The notes under the pieces are model-generated. The model saw only the letters and a list, made by a program, of their open reading frames with translations. It ran no database searches and had not been told where the DNA came from. From contig OY782041.1 of NCBI GenBank assembly GCA_963677595.1, forward strand, positions 3,040,001 through 3,104,000: a stretch of 64,000 nt of DNA, written 5' to 3'. Source of the stretch: Spirochaetia bacterium. Its GTDB lineage: Bacteria; Spirochaetota; Spirochaetia; CAKZLE01. The position numbers and the translations under genes were made by a program. Below are positions 1 to 10,052 of the stretch, one piece after another (position 1 is the first letter of the stretch; each line of letters starts with the position of its first letter).

Positions 1-116
1 CCCAGGATGCTGGCTCTATAATCCTTACGAGAGTTCTCGAAGAAAAGTGATCCTTGAGCCACATTCTTGAAATTGCTGATCATGATACCGGCAATTCTCA
101 CCGAAGTCGGTCCCAT
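1..116 (-). CDS. N-terminus of a probable AAA-family ATPase (AAA_15/AAA_21-like), runs off the window
   Basis: GGAGG RBS then MGPTSVRIAGIMISNFKNVAQGSL...ILG. The 'IxNFK' strand is typical of the N-terminus of SMC/AbiEii/RloA-like ATPases. Walker A would lie beyond the edge. Confidence 0.55.
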   Translation of the reverse strand, partial: MGPTSVRIAGIMISNFKNVAQGSLFFENSRKDYRASIL

Positions 117-901
117 ACGTCTGTCCTCCAATCCATTCCTTAGGCATACACTATGGTATGGACAACTCAAAAAGTCAAGATGAGCGAAGAATAAGACACA
201 AAATGTAACGTTTATGATATTCATATGTGTTGTATCAACGTATTGACAGACGGAAACAGCCTCAAGCGGTATGCGTTGTTCACGTCTAAAAATCTCATCT
301 CGGGTAGCTCCTACGATCCCTGATACTCCTTACGTTTCCCCGGACTAGGGCAGTGAAACCGTAACTTGACTGCGATACCCAAACACATAGGTTGTGGAGA
401 GGGGTGGGGGCAGGTTCTGGTGTCCTGGAATCCAATTGGATGGGGGAGCACAGCTGGTTAGCTGCAGGTTGGTTGTCGTAACACACCAATAAGCTTCCCC
501 GTATCAGGGCCGCCCCTGTACTGGATAACCGGTACTTCAAGAATGAGCCAGTATGTTGTGGTAGTGGCACATCCACCTACCTCAGAAGCACTGATGAGAG
601 GTAACTGGTAGAAAAAGAAACTTTTCAACAAGGAAATTGTACATGCTGATAACAGCATGAAGCAAACCAACAGTAATCCTGTTTATAGATAGTATAGTCC
701 AACGGACCAAGGTCCATGTATGGAGAGGGCGTTCTTGGTGGGGATGCGTGTGATGGGATACCGGATCCAAATCTGATGAACGCTTTCTGGGATCCCATGC
801 AGTACAACAGGTGGCAGGTCAGTTGCCGTAAAAAGATGTTCCTTAAAGGAACAATATGTTGACATATTGGGACTACAGTATATACTGATGGAGTAAGATG
901 T

Positions 902-1258
902 ATGAGTTTCTACAGATTTGAGGATTTCATCAATGCTTGTGATGAGGGTGTCCATGTTATTGTTTGGGAGCCTGCGTTAGATGGGGCATGTAGGGATTTT
1001 GGTATCTTCGGAAAAGAGGATCTATTAGGCTTCATTGCGAATGGGGGTCTTGAATCAGTTGTGCCACAGAACACAAGACCCTGGGTTGGGAATCCAACTC
1101 CGGATGATCCGATATTCGTGGATTCTTACAGGTTCAAGAGTATGAACAAAATCGGGTACCTGGCATTCTTCTTTAATCACCATCTAGGGAGATGGAACCT
1201 GAAATCATTCAAGCGGTCCCAGGAATGGGATGGGGTATATAGTCTATCATTTCGATAA
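902..1258 (+). CDS. Putative MqsR-like (RelE-fold) toxin of a type II TA pair
   Basis: 118 aa, directly upstream of a Zn-finger/HTH antitoxin. C-terminal 'YLAF...LKSFK' resembles MqsR-family ends. Confidence 0.6.
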   Translation: MSFYRFEDFINACDEGVHVIVWEPALDGACRDFGIFGKEDLLGFIANGGLESVVPQNTRPWVGNPTPDDPIFVDSYRFKSMNKIGYLAFFFNHHLGRWNLKSFKRSQEWDGVYSLSFR

Positions 1259-1273
1259 AAACGGAGGATTACC

Positions 1274-1771
1274 ATGGGCGAACAGTGTCCGGCATGCGGA
1301 AGCGAGAGGCTCACAGAGACAGAAAAGGATCTTACCATCCATGAGGCATTCGCCGGCAGCAAGACCATACGGATCAAGGTCTCCACATGCGGGACCTGCG
1401 GTTTCTCAGGGGAATTCTCAGATCATAATGACAGGCTCAGGAAAGAGACAGCATCCGAACTGCAGCAAACAGCGATGCAGAACATCCTCTCATATTTCTC
1501 TGATAACCACTATAGTTTTGCAGGGATAGAACGTTCCCTGGGTCTTGCCCAGAGGACCCTCACGAAGTGGAAGTCGGGGGCAACGGTCCCGACGAAGACA
1601 GCCCTTGCGCTGTTCAGGCTCCTCCGGCTCTTCCCCTGGCTGCTCGATGTTGCCGATGAGGGTTTCGATACCGTGAGGGCCCGGAAGAAATACCTCCAGC
1701 ACAGCCTGGAGGAATTCATACAATGCATCCCGGATGAGCAGTTGGCTCAGCCAAAGGCTGATGTCTCCTGA
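1274..1771 (+). CDS. MqsA/YgiT-type zinc-finger plus XRE-HTH antitoxin
   Basis: CPAC...CGTC zinc ribbon followed by HTH 'FAGIERSLGLAQRTLTKWKSG'; GGAGG RBS. Confidence 0.75.
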   Translation: MGEQCPACGSERLTETEKDLTIHEAFAGSKTIRIKVSTCGTCGFSGEFSDHNDRLRKETASELQQTAMQNILSYFSDNHYSFAGIERSLGLAQRTLTKWKSGATVPTKTALALFRLLRLFPWLLDVADEGFDTVRARKKYLQHSLEEFIQCIPDEQLAQPKADVS

Positions 1772-1798
1772 GAGCAGGGAATGTACGCTCGAACGGAC

Positions 1799-3916
1799 TT
1801 AACTATGAATGCCTTTCATAGGGGATAAGAGCCAAGCTGTATTGAATCTGTAATACCAGTGGCTTGAAATAAGATGAAAGGTCCCATCTGGAGTTTGAGT
1901 TGCTGCCAAATAGCCTGCATGTTCAGCATGATTGCGGTCAATCCAAAAACCTTTTAAGTTCTTGGCGGAATCTCCGGTTTCAAGATACGTTGGATCTTTT
2001 CTCTCATCAGTAATCAGTTTGCAAATAGGCCAGCTTTTCCCATCATCATAACTTATTGATGCAAATAGGCCGTAGTTTACGCTCATGAGACCAACCTCAT
2101 CTGCTATCTCTATCCCCTCTCTTTCATAATCTTCCCAGCCATCTGAATCCTTGGGGAAAGTATGTGAGAATGATATCAGGAGTAAAGATCCTTCTAGAGT
2201 CCGAAGTAGGACATTTCTTTGTCCCGTGCCTATCGGTGGAAATGGAGTGGGCTTATACGTCCAGTCTTTTCCATTGTTGATGCTATAACTTATGGGTAGC
2301 TTACCAAGTATAGAGGTATCACGGCCTACACCAATAATAGTACTGCCATCAGAACTTTCTGCGACAGCCCCATGGATCCCGGCCAGAACAGGTCCAGTCG
2401 TACTTTCACAAAAATGTTCAGGAAGCTCACTAGCCTCATAGAAATACCAGGTCTTACCGTTATCTTCACTTACTAATAGCCTAGTAGCTGGCTGGTCTCC
2501 TGCATCACAGGGTTGAAACAGTACATTGCTTTTTGACGTTTGAATAGGCCCCGCTACAAGTCGGTGCCCTTTCCGATGATCTGGTGTAAGAAGACGGGAA
2601 GCACTCCAGGTAGCCCCGTTATCTCTAGATTCCCTGACAATGATAATACAATCTGACCATGTGCCGGCAGGGGTGATTGAGTTCAGGTGTAGAAGACGGC
2701 CATTCCCATCATGCCATAACGCCGAACCTGTTGGATTACGGTCCGGTATATCATAAAAAAGGGAAGCAGGTTCCCATTCATCGGTTCCAGCCCGTAAACG
2801 ACTTGAGAGAATAACCATACCTCTGCCGCGTTCATCCTCGGTGGAGAACCAGCAAGCCAGTATATCTCCGTTTTCACAGTATGTAATTGCCGGGCAGTGA
2901 TTATGGGGGAAGAAGGCTGTACTTTTGTCCAGCGGTTGTTTTACAAATGCAATTGGTGACGCAAAGTAAGGAGAAGTCATATCCTTAATCATGGGGAACC
3001 CTCTCCAGTTCCATGTATCCTGGATAATAGCTTCATTCGATTGGTTTTTCAGTTGTTTTGCTGGTGTTTTCTCATCACAAACTGCTAGTATTTTGTCTGA
3101 TGTCTTGTATTGTGCTAAAGGGTCTGCTATTACCCGGAATCCTATGAACCATGATCGTGAATCCGGATGTGCTCCCATTCGGCTTGCACTACGGAGATCA
3201 TGTGCATCTGTGTGATGAGAACCTCCTCGTGTTACTTTAGCCCAAATCTGGGAGTAGCCTGTTTCCGGACCGGAGGGGTTAATAGTGATTCCTTTATCGT
3301 CAGGGTAGGGTGCATACCAGTCACTACACCATTCTTCAACAAGACCATGCATGTCATACAGATTGAAAGCATTGGGGTGGGTCTGCCCTACAAGAAGGGA
3401 TACATTACCATAGGAAAAATCACGATTGTGGCAAAGTTGCCGCCTATGATACTCAGCAGGTAGGGTAGGTCCAGTATTAAATGGGGTTGCAGTACCCGCT
3501 CTGCATGCATATTCCCATTCAGCCTCAGTCGGTAAACGATAAAGAATCCCTTCCTTTTCCGATAGCCAATTGCAGAACTCAACAGCATCCTTCCACGTAA
3601 CCATTAATACAGCTTCATCATCCAATAGACTATACTGGATCTGTTTTCTGTTAGTCAGACCTGGATCTATAGGTCCCTCTGATGGGAATATGCCTCTTAG
3701 ATCTTTATGGGATTGCATGAACGCTTCATACTGTGTATTGGTTACAACAGTTGCAGCCATATAAAAGGGGTGACTAATCTCAACTGTGCGACAAGGTTTT
3801 TCATCAGGGTCTCCCCCTGTATCTTGACCCATGGTGAAACTCCCTGTTGGGATTGGAATCATATTCATTCCAAGTGAATTGGAAAATCCCTTGCTGGTTA
3901 TGGTATCTTTAGACAT
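1799..3916 (-). CDS. FGE/SUMF1-domain fused to a sialidase-like (BNR/Asp-box) beta-propeller
   Basis: N-terminal F.MG, RLPTEAEWEYACRAG, PNAFNLYDMHG..EWC.DWY and GFRV motifs. C-terminal Asp-boxes SRDNGATW, SEDNGKTW, SINNGKDW, SYDDGKSW. Confidence 0.85.
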   Translation of the reverse strand: MSKDTITSKGFSNSLGMNMIPIPTGSFTMGQDTGGDPDEKPCRTVEISHPFYMAATVVTNTQYEAFMQSHKDLRGIFPSEGPIDPGLTNRKQIQYSLLDDEAVLMVTWKDAVEFCNWLSEKEGILYRLPTEAEWEYACRAGTATPFNTGPTLPAEYHRRQLCHNRDFSYGNVSLLVGQTHPNAFNLYDMHGLVEEWCSDWYAPYPDDKGITINPSGPETGYSQIWAKVTRGGSHHTDAHDLRSASRMGAHPDSRSWFIGFRVIADPLAQYKTSDKILAVCDEKTPAKQLKNQSNEAIIQDTWNWRGFPMIKDMTSPYFASPIAFVKQPLDKSTAFFPHNHCPAITYCENGDILACWFSTEDERGRGMVILSSRLRAGTDEWEPASLFYDIPDRNPTGSALWHDGNGRLLHLNSITPAGTWSDCIIIVRESRDNGATWSASRLLTPDHRKGHRLVAGPIQTSKSNVLFQPCDAGDQPATRLLVSEDNGKTWYFYEASELPEHFCESTTGPVLAGIHGAVAESSDGSTIIGVGRDTSILGKLPISYSINNGKDWTYKPTPFPPIGTGQRNVLLRTLEGSLLLISFSHTFPKDSDGWEDYEREGIEIADEVGLMSVNYGLFASISYDDGKSWPICKLITDERKDPTYLETGDSAKNLKGFWIDRNHAEHAGYLAATQTPDGTFHLISSHWYYRFNTAWLLSPMKGIHS

Positions 3917-3976
3917 GATTTGTGCTCCAGATCTGTAACTATTAGTGATAACTGGCTAATTGTCCAGTTGAAATAA

Positions 3977-4720
3977 TCAGGTTCTATGTAGCAGTGATGC
4001 GGAATCCGGATCGAGGTATAGGATGCAAGAATCGTGATTCTGCAGTATTGATGCCGGACAAGAGTTGGTTACTTTACCTTCAACTGCATGCTTAACCACC
4101 AATGCCTTTCTAGAATCAGGTACAGAACAGATTATTACCTTGCTTTTCATTATCTGGCAAATACTCATCGAAATAGCTGTTTCGGGCACATCCTGTAGTG
4201 AATCAAACCAACCTTCATCTACCTGCTGATTTCTGCATGCTTCATCCAGACTAACTACAATATAAGGGTCAGTGGTTTGAAAATCTGCAGGCGGGTCATT
4301 GAAGGCTATATGGCCATTCTCGCCTATTCCAATAAAAGCTACATCAATCTGTATGCTGTTCATCATGCTGTTCAATCGCTTGCATTCCATTTGACTATCA
4401 GGGTTCTCACCTCTAATATCGATAAACGTTACTTTTGGGTCGATCTTATTCAGAAGTCTTTCATGAATATAATTCCTGAAACTGGCGCTATGATTATCAT
4501 TGATCCCGATATACTCATCAAGATGGAATATGGTTACTTGGGGCCATGGTATGTTCTCGAGACTGCCAAGATGTTTCAATGTCAGAAATTGACTGGAGCC
4601 TGTTGCAACGATGATATTGGCATGTCCTTTCTCCTCAATTGCTTTGATAATTTGTTCAGCACCATCACGAGCAGAGATCTCTCCCAGGTGTTCCTTGGAT
4701 TTATTAATGATTACATTCAT
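3977..4720 (-). CDS. nagB: Glucosamine-6-phosphate deaminase family protein
   Basis: ATGSSQ, FHLDEY, GIGENGHIAFNDP and CPASILQ motifs. Start moved to MNVII, downstream of AAGGAG. Confidence 0.8.
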   Translation of the reverse strand: MNVIINKSKEHLGEISARDGAEQIIKAIEEKGHANIIVATGSSQFLTLKHLGSLENIPWPQVTIFHLDEYIGINDNHSASFRNYIHERLLNKIDPKVTFIDIRGENPDSQMECKRLNSMMNSIQIDVAFIGIGENGHIAFNDPPADFQTTDPYIVVSLDEACRNQQVDEGWFDSLQDVPETAISMSICQIMKSKVIICSVPDSRKALVVKHAVEGKVTNSCPASILQNHDSCILYLDPDSASLLHRT

Positions 4721-4765
4721 TGGAATATGTACTCTCCTTATACGGAATATCAAACAATAAGCAGG

Positions 4766-6055
4766 CTATTTGAATTGAGGAATGAAATCAGCTTGCAGGT
4801 ATAACATATCTTCGATCAAAGCCTCTGCTTTGGGTATACTATCAACAACAGGTTCCAGGAGTAGCGTTTGCAGGAGAAGGTTCTTGGACCTCTCTTTGTA
4901 TGCTTGGACTGTCAATTTCTGTATCGACATTTGAGTTCTGCTGAGAGCGGCAACACCTTCAGGAAGGGGTGGGAGTGTAAGTGGGTGAACACCTGCTGCG
5001 TCTACTTCAACCGGGACCTCAACAATAGCATCTTGTAGGAGGTTTGGGATATATAACCCGTCATTCATGACATTTCCTGAATAGAAGTATGTCCGCTTGT
5101 TGAGATAATGGGCTACAATCATTGGGATCGTAGTTTCCCTGGATTTGATTGCTATATCGTCCAAAGGCAGTTCTCTTTTGAGATATGGAATATTCATGTC
5201 AATCTTACTTTTATGGATATCTGTTACTCTACGGCTTTCTAATCCATGTGCCCATTTTTTTCCAGTGTAATCTGAACCAAATGGAACAAACTCTCCTGAA
5301 TGAGTATTAAGAGGATATGTCAGTTTCCCATAGATCTCCAACAGTTTCTTGGCAAGAGAAAAATCAGGGGCATCACTTTCTTGCGCCAGTTCCCGTACTA
5401 ATGGATATAAATCCTCCCCTGACTCTTTATCAGTTATTTCATTGATCCAAAAAAAGTGATTGACTCCACCTCCTGAAATATGAATCGTATTTAGATCTCT
5501 ATCTAACAACTCACTGATTTTAATGAGGGCATCGTTCTGGCCATGACATATCCCTATAGCGTTTAGATCAGTCAAATCATGGATTGCCAAGAGGATCCTG
5601 CTTTCAGGGTTTGAGAAATTGAATACGAATGCTCCAGGGCAAAGTCTTTTAATATCGTCACAAATTCCCATAATCAGGTGAATATTTCTCAAAGCATGAA
5701 ACAGCGCACCTGGGCCGCCATTTTCCCCATATGCCTGATGAAAACCATAAGCAGCGGGAACACGGAAATCCTGTTCCCATAGTTCATACCGACGATTAGA
5801 AACTGAAATGAAGACATAATCGGCTCTTTCCAGCGCTGCTTTTCGATCAGACTCAGCTGAGATTGCTATTGGCGAATCCAAGTGCTCTTTGAGCATAGTT
5901 GCGAGCTTATACATAGCAGTCAGTTTTTGTTTGCTTGCATCGACAAGTACAACCTCCGTGCTTCTTAGATTGAGGAATGGTTCCAACATAATATCTACAA
6001 TCGCTCTCCTGCCGAACACCTGGCTTCCTGCCCCAATGATCACTATCTTCAACAT
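4766..6055 (-). CDS. GH4 family NAD-dependent glycoside hydrolase
   Basis: IIGAGS NAD motif, GENGGPG, NFSNPE, GICHG, GVNHF. Confidence 0.9.
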   Translation of the reverse strand: MLKIVIIGAGSQVFGRRAIVDIMLEPFLNLRSTEVVLVDASKQKLTAMYKLATMLKEHLDSPIAISAESDRKAALERADYVFISVSNRRYELWEQDFRVPAAYGFHQAYGENGGPGALFHALRNIHLIMGICDDIKRLCPGAFVFNFSNPESRILLAIHDLTDLNAIGICHGQNDALIKISELLDRDLNTIHISGGGVNHFFWINEITDKESGEDLYPLVRELAQESDAPDFSLAKKLLEIYGKLTYPLNTHSGEFVPFGSDYTGKKWAHGLESRRVTDIHKSKIDMNIPYLKRELPLDDIAIKSRETTIPMIVAHYLNKRTYFYSGNVMNDGLYIPNLLQDAIVEVPVEVDAAGVHPLTLPPLPEGVAALSRTQMSIQKLTVQAYKERSKNLLLQTLLLEPVVDSIPKAEALIEDMLYLQADFIPQFK

Positions 6056-6855
6056 TATTCCCTACCTTTTGTGTTTGAACACTGAATAATAAAACTATTG
6101 ATGGTTGTTGCTACTTCTTCTGCTGCTTCGACCCAGACGGAATGGGTAGTGTTATGAATCCATGCAATCTCAATTCCTGGTCGGTCTGGAATCCTGAGTT
6201 TATCTTTGTTGGGATGAGGTTTCCCACGATCCCCCCAAATCTCAAGAACAGGGGTTGTGGTATTCTCCAGCGCACTGTATCCATTCCAATTCCGCCAAAT
6301 AGACCCAAAATTCTTCCTTTCTTCAGAAGTCCAGGCTCCCAGCCACTCCTGTTCGCAGCGAGCGTTATCCAGCACGAGCCATTGCGCTGCTTCAGTAGTA
6401 GAGGGTGTTGAGTTGTCCTTTCCAAAGACTTCTCTCTGAACAGCATAATGGGTCCACCCTTCAATGGGGATGACACCAGTAATCCGTTCTGGACATACAT
6501 TCAGGAACTCAATTGATGTCATAGCCCCAAGACTATGTCCAGAGATAAAAAACTGGGATATTTGTAATGAATCGATAAGATGCAGTACATCCCGGGCAAG
6601 TTTGACAATTGAGTAATCGAATACAGGTGAACTGTTTATTCTTCCTGGCATATTCACAGCAACAAGAGATAACTCCGAATTCAGGAGAGTTAAGAGAGAG
6701 GCAGCTGATACACTATCACTCCAAGTACCGGGTATATACACAAAATAGGGGCCGGTGCCTTTTCTAAGATATGCACCGATACTCCTGCCATCTTCTGTGG
6801 TTGTGGAGAATGAGACCCAGTCTTTTACTTTCGGCGAAGTTGTTTGTCTTTCCAT
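6055..6855 (-). CDS. Alpha/beta-fold hydrolase
   Basis: GHSLG nucleophile elbow, C-terminal His (TTHSV). Confidence 0.8.
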   Translation of the reverse strand: MERQTTSPKVKDWVSFSTTTEDGRSIGAYLRKGTGPYFVYIPGTWSDSVSAASLLTLLNSELSLVAVNMPGRINSSPVFDYSIVKLARDVLHLIDSLQISQFFISGHSLGAMTSIEFLNVCPERITGVIPIEGWTHYAVQREVFGKDNSTPSTTEAAQWLVLDNARCEQEWLGAWTSEERKNFGSIWRNWNGYSALENTTTPVLEIWGDRGKPHPNKDKLRIPDRPGIEIAWIHNTTHSVWVEAAEEVATTINSFIIQCSNTKGRE

Positions 6856-6888
6856 GTTTATGTTTTTCCTGATTCTACTATTATTTAC

Positions 6889-7016
6889 TTAAACGATTAA
6901 TTATGTCAAGTAAAAATATACTCGAAAAATAGTCGATATAGCGCCATTTGATTGCATAAATAAATATTTTCTTGACATGTACAGAATGCTGGGGTAGTAT
7001 TTGTTTAAACGATTAA
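6889..7016. promoter_or_regulatory. Divergent promoter region with two LacI-type operators
   Basis: TTAAACGATTAA at 6889-6900 and 7005-7016. TTGACA(6972)-17 bp-TAGTAT(6995) on +. TTGACA on - at 6904-6909. Confidence 0.75.
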
Positions 7017-7028
7017 GTTGAGGGAGCA

Positions 7029-8120
7029 ATGGTAACAATAAAAGACGTAGCAAAAATGGCTGGGGTTTCAACAGCAACTGTCTCTATGGTCTTGAATAAA
7101 AAAGATTCTATAAGCCAGAGTACGGCAGCGAAGGTGATGAAGTGTGTTGAAGAGCTTGGTTATAGACCAAACCTTATTGCACGTGGATTTAAGACTGCAA
7201 ATACCAGAGTTATAGCTGTGCTTGTACCAACGATTACTAATCCAATTTATCCAGCATTTGTTAATGCCATCGAGATTGCTGCTCGAGCTGTAAATTATCA
7301 GGTAGTGTTATATAGCTACAAAGGGGATTCTACGCAAGGTAGTGGGTCCGATTTCTTAGCAGATTTTTACGATCGAATGATTGATGGCTTAATAATCTGC
7401 GGTATTCCAAATCTCCCTGATACGCCGCAGGGGATACAGGAAATGGCAAAGATGATGCAACTCTATTCAGAGCGAGGTGTCCCATTTGTGTTTTTTAGTG
7501 ATGTTGAGCAGTTTGATTTCTTCACGAAAACTCTTAAGATAGATCTCTCTAAGCATTATGATCTTTTCCACCTCCTGTCTGTAGATAGGGTAAGTGCAGT
7601 CTATAAGGTTATCTATCATTTTCTCTCCCTTGACCATAAAAGGATTGCTTTCGTTACTGAAGGAGAAAAAGACAGCTACCCACATAATATTCCTAACCTG
7701 AGAAAGCTTGAAGGTTATAAGAAAGCACTACATGAATTTGGTATTTCGTTCGACGAGGATTTGGTAGTAAATGGGTTAGATGGATTTACCGGTGGAGAAC
7801 AATGTTACAATATTCTTTCGAATCTTGAAAATCCTCCCACAGCGTATTTTTGTACTGGCGATACGATGGCTTTAGGAGTCTTGCATGGAGCTCGGGTGAG
7901 TGGAAAGCGGATCCCAGAGGAAGTAACTGTGATTGGATATGATAATATCCCCTTCGCGCAATACTGGAACCCGTCTCTTTCCACAATTTCCGTACCAGTC
8001 GCTGATATAGCCACGGAATCTTTCAGGAGACTGTATAGCCAAATAAATAAGAATGTCATCGCAACTACAAATAGGATGATTTTCAATACAGAACTCATAA
8101 TCAGAGAATCTTCAAACTAG
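7029..8120 (+). CDS. LacI family transcriptional regulator
   Basis: TIKDVAKMAGVSTATVSMVLN HTH; IPEEVTVIGYDNI sugar-binding domain. Confidence 0.95.
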   Translation: MVTIKDVAKMAGVSTATVSMVLNKKDSISQSTAAKVMKCVEELGYRPNLIARGFKTANTRVIAVLVPTITNPIYPAFVNAIEIAARAVNYQVVLYSYKGDSTQGSGSDFLADFYDRMIDGLIICGIPNLPDTPQGIQEMAKMMQLYSERGVPFVFFSDVEQFDFFTKTLKIDLSKHYDLFHLLSVDRVSAVYKVIYHFLSLDHKRIAFVTEGEKDSYPHNIPNLRKLEGYKKALHEFGISFDEDLVVNGLDGFTGGEQCYNILSNLENPPTAYFCTGDTMALGVLHGARVSGKRIPEEVTVIGYDNIPFAQYWNPSLSTISVPVADIATESFRRLYSQINKNVIATTNRMIFNTELIIRESSN

Positions 8121-8129
8121 GGATAGAAC

Positions 8130-9080
8130 ATGAATAAGAGAGCTCTTGAAACCAAAATATCTATAAGTGAACACCTGCGAATAATTATAAAGGATATGGT
8201 CAAGAATAGGTCTATTTACCTATTAGCAATACCCGGAATTATCTATTTCATTGTATTCAAGTATTTGCCGATGTATGGGATCATTATTTCATTTAAAGAT
8301 TTTTCCCCTCGTAAAGGTATCATAGATAGTGAGTGGGTAGGGTTAAAGCACTTTGTAAGAATTTTCACTAGTATGGATTTCAAGTATATCTTGAGAAATA
8401 CGGTCACTTTGAATGTCCTGAGGTTAATAACTATAACTCCAATAGTGATTGTTTTTGCGCTGATGTTAAATGAGATCCGTACTATTCGCTTCAAGAAAAT
8501 AGTACAAACTATTTCGTATTTTCCGCATTTTTTATCATGGGTAGTCGTTTCGGGAATTGTATTCCAGTTGTTTGCACCCCAATCGGGAAGTATTAATAAA
8601 ATGCTTGTTGCTGCGGGTATGCAGCCCCTGACGTTTCTCTCTGATCCTGACTCGTTTCGATGGTTGATCATAATAACCGGTGCATGGAAAGAGATTGGAT
8701 GGGATTCAATAATATATATAGCGGCAATGGCAGGTATAAACCAGGAACTATACGAAGCTGCAAAGATGGACGGTGCCGGGAAATTAAAGCAGATCTTTCA
8801 TGTGACTATCCCCGGGATCCTTCCTACTATCTTGACGTTATTGCTAATCAGGATTGGGCACATCATGTCGGTGGGATTCGAACAGATTTATGTTTTTCTC
8901 AATCCGATGTTTTATCAGGTAGGTGACGTATTTGCTACCTATATCTATCGGGTAGGACTAGGCCAGGGGCGATTCAGTTATACCACGGCAATAGGACTTT
9001 TTAATTCGCTAGTTGGGTTTGGTCTTCTCTATGTCTCAAACAGAATAAGTCGGAAAGTAGCTCAAGAGAGCTTATGGTGA
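8130..9080 (+). CDS. Carbohydrate ABC transporter permease (LplB-like)
   Basis: Transmembrane segments; EAA loop LYEAAKMDGAG. Confidence 0.9.
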   Translation: MNKRALETKISISEHLRIIIKDMVKNRSIYLLAIPGIIYFIVFKYLPMYGIIISFKDFSPRKGIIDSEWVGLKHFVRIFTSMDFKYILRNTVTLNVLRLITITPIVIVFALMLNEIRTIRFKKIVQTISYFPHFLSWVVVSGIVFQLFAPQSGSINKMLVAAGMQPLTFLSDPDSFRWLIIITGAWKEIGWDSIIYIAAMAGINQELYEAAKMDGAGKLKQIFHVTIPGILPTILTLLLIRIGHIMSVGFEQIYVFLNPMFYQVGDVFATYIYRVGLGQGRFSYTTAIGLFNSLVGFGLLYVSNRISRKVAQESLW

Positions 9081-9095
9081 GAGGGAAAACTATTT

Positions 9096-9971
9096 ATGAG
9101 TATGATACGCAGAAGCAGAGGCGAAAAAACATTCGAGGTATTTAACTATTTCGCAATGGTTATATTTTCCCTTACGATCCTGTATCCGTTTGCTCATGTG
9201 GCTGCCAGTGCTACAAGCAGCAATAATGCAGTTGTGGCGGGATTGGTTACGTTCTTTCCTGTCAATTTTACTCTTGAACCGTTAAGGCAGCTGACAATCA
9301 ACAGTGCTTACAAGACTTCAATGATCAATACAGTTTTCATAACTGTAGTAGGGACAATAATGAATATGCTTGTGACGGCAATGCTGGCATATCCACTTTC
9401 GAGGAAATCACTAAAATTATGGAAATCCTTGAACTTCTTGGTAGTTTTTACCATGTTCTTTGGAGGTGGGATGGTCCCTACATACTTGATTGTCCGAAAT
9501 CTGAACCTGTTGGATACCTACTTGGCATATATCCTCCCTGGATTGGTATCTCCGTTTTATTGCATTTTACTCCGAAATTTCTTTGCTTCAATTCCAAAGG
9601 AGCTTGAAGAGTCAGCTTTTATTGATGGAGCAAGCAGTTCTCGGATCTTATTTCAGATAATAATCCCTTTATCAACGGCTGCGATTGCTACCATAGGGTT
9701 GTTTTACGCTGTGGCTCATTGGAATGTTTTTATGACTGCAATCATGTATATCTCGAAACGAAGCCTTTGGACGCTGCAGATGTTTCTCAGGGAGATTGTA
9801 AGCCAATCGGCGTCGATCCTGGAGTCGCCAGAAGCTCCAGTGACGGAAGTTGCCTTAGAGTCCCTAAGGATGGCGGCAATAATCGTTAGTGTCATACCAA
9901 TACTGTGTGTATATCCATTCATTCAGAAATATTTTGTGAAAGGTGTGATGGTAGGTTCTGTAAAAGGGTAA
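9096..9971 (+). CDS. Carbohydrate ABC transporter permease
   Basis: ELEESAFIDGAS; C-terminal GVMVGSVKG. Confidence 0.9.
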   Translation: MSMIRRSRGEKTFEVFNYFAMVIFSLTILYPFAHVAASATSSNNAVVAGLVTFFPVNFTLEPLRQLTINSAYKTSMINTVFITVVGTIMNMLVTAMLAYPLSRKSLKLWKSLNFLVVFTMFFGGGMVPTYLIVRNLNLLDTYLAYILPGLVSPFYCILLRNFFASIPKELEESAFIDGASSSRILFQIIIPLSTAAIATIGLFYAVAHWNVFMTAIMYISKRSLWTLQMFLREIVSQSASILESPEAPVTEVALESLRMAAIIVSVIPILCVYPFIQKYFVKGVMVGSVKG

Positions 9972-10052
9972 ACATTCAGAAAAGATAACATATGCTTATA
10001 TTGGGTCGTTATGATCCAGAAAATATTTTCACTTATAAAAAAGGAGTGTAAG

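Noticed and set aside
683-955. 90-aa minus-strand ORF overlapping the toxin start
   Set aside because: Overlaps the better-supported toxin gene and has no motif or clear RBS
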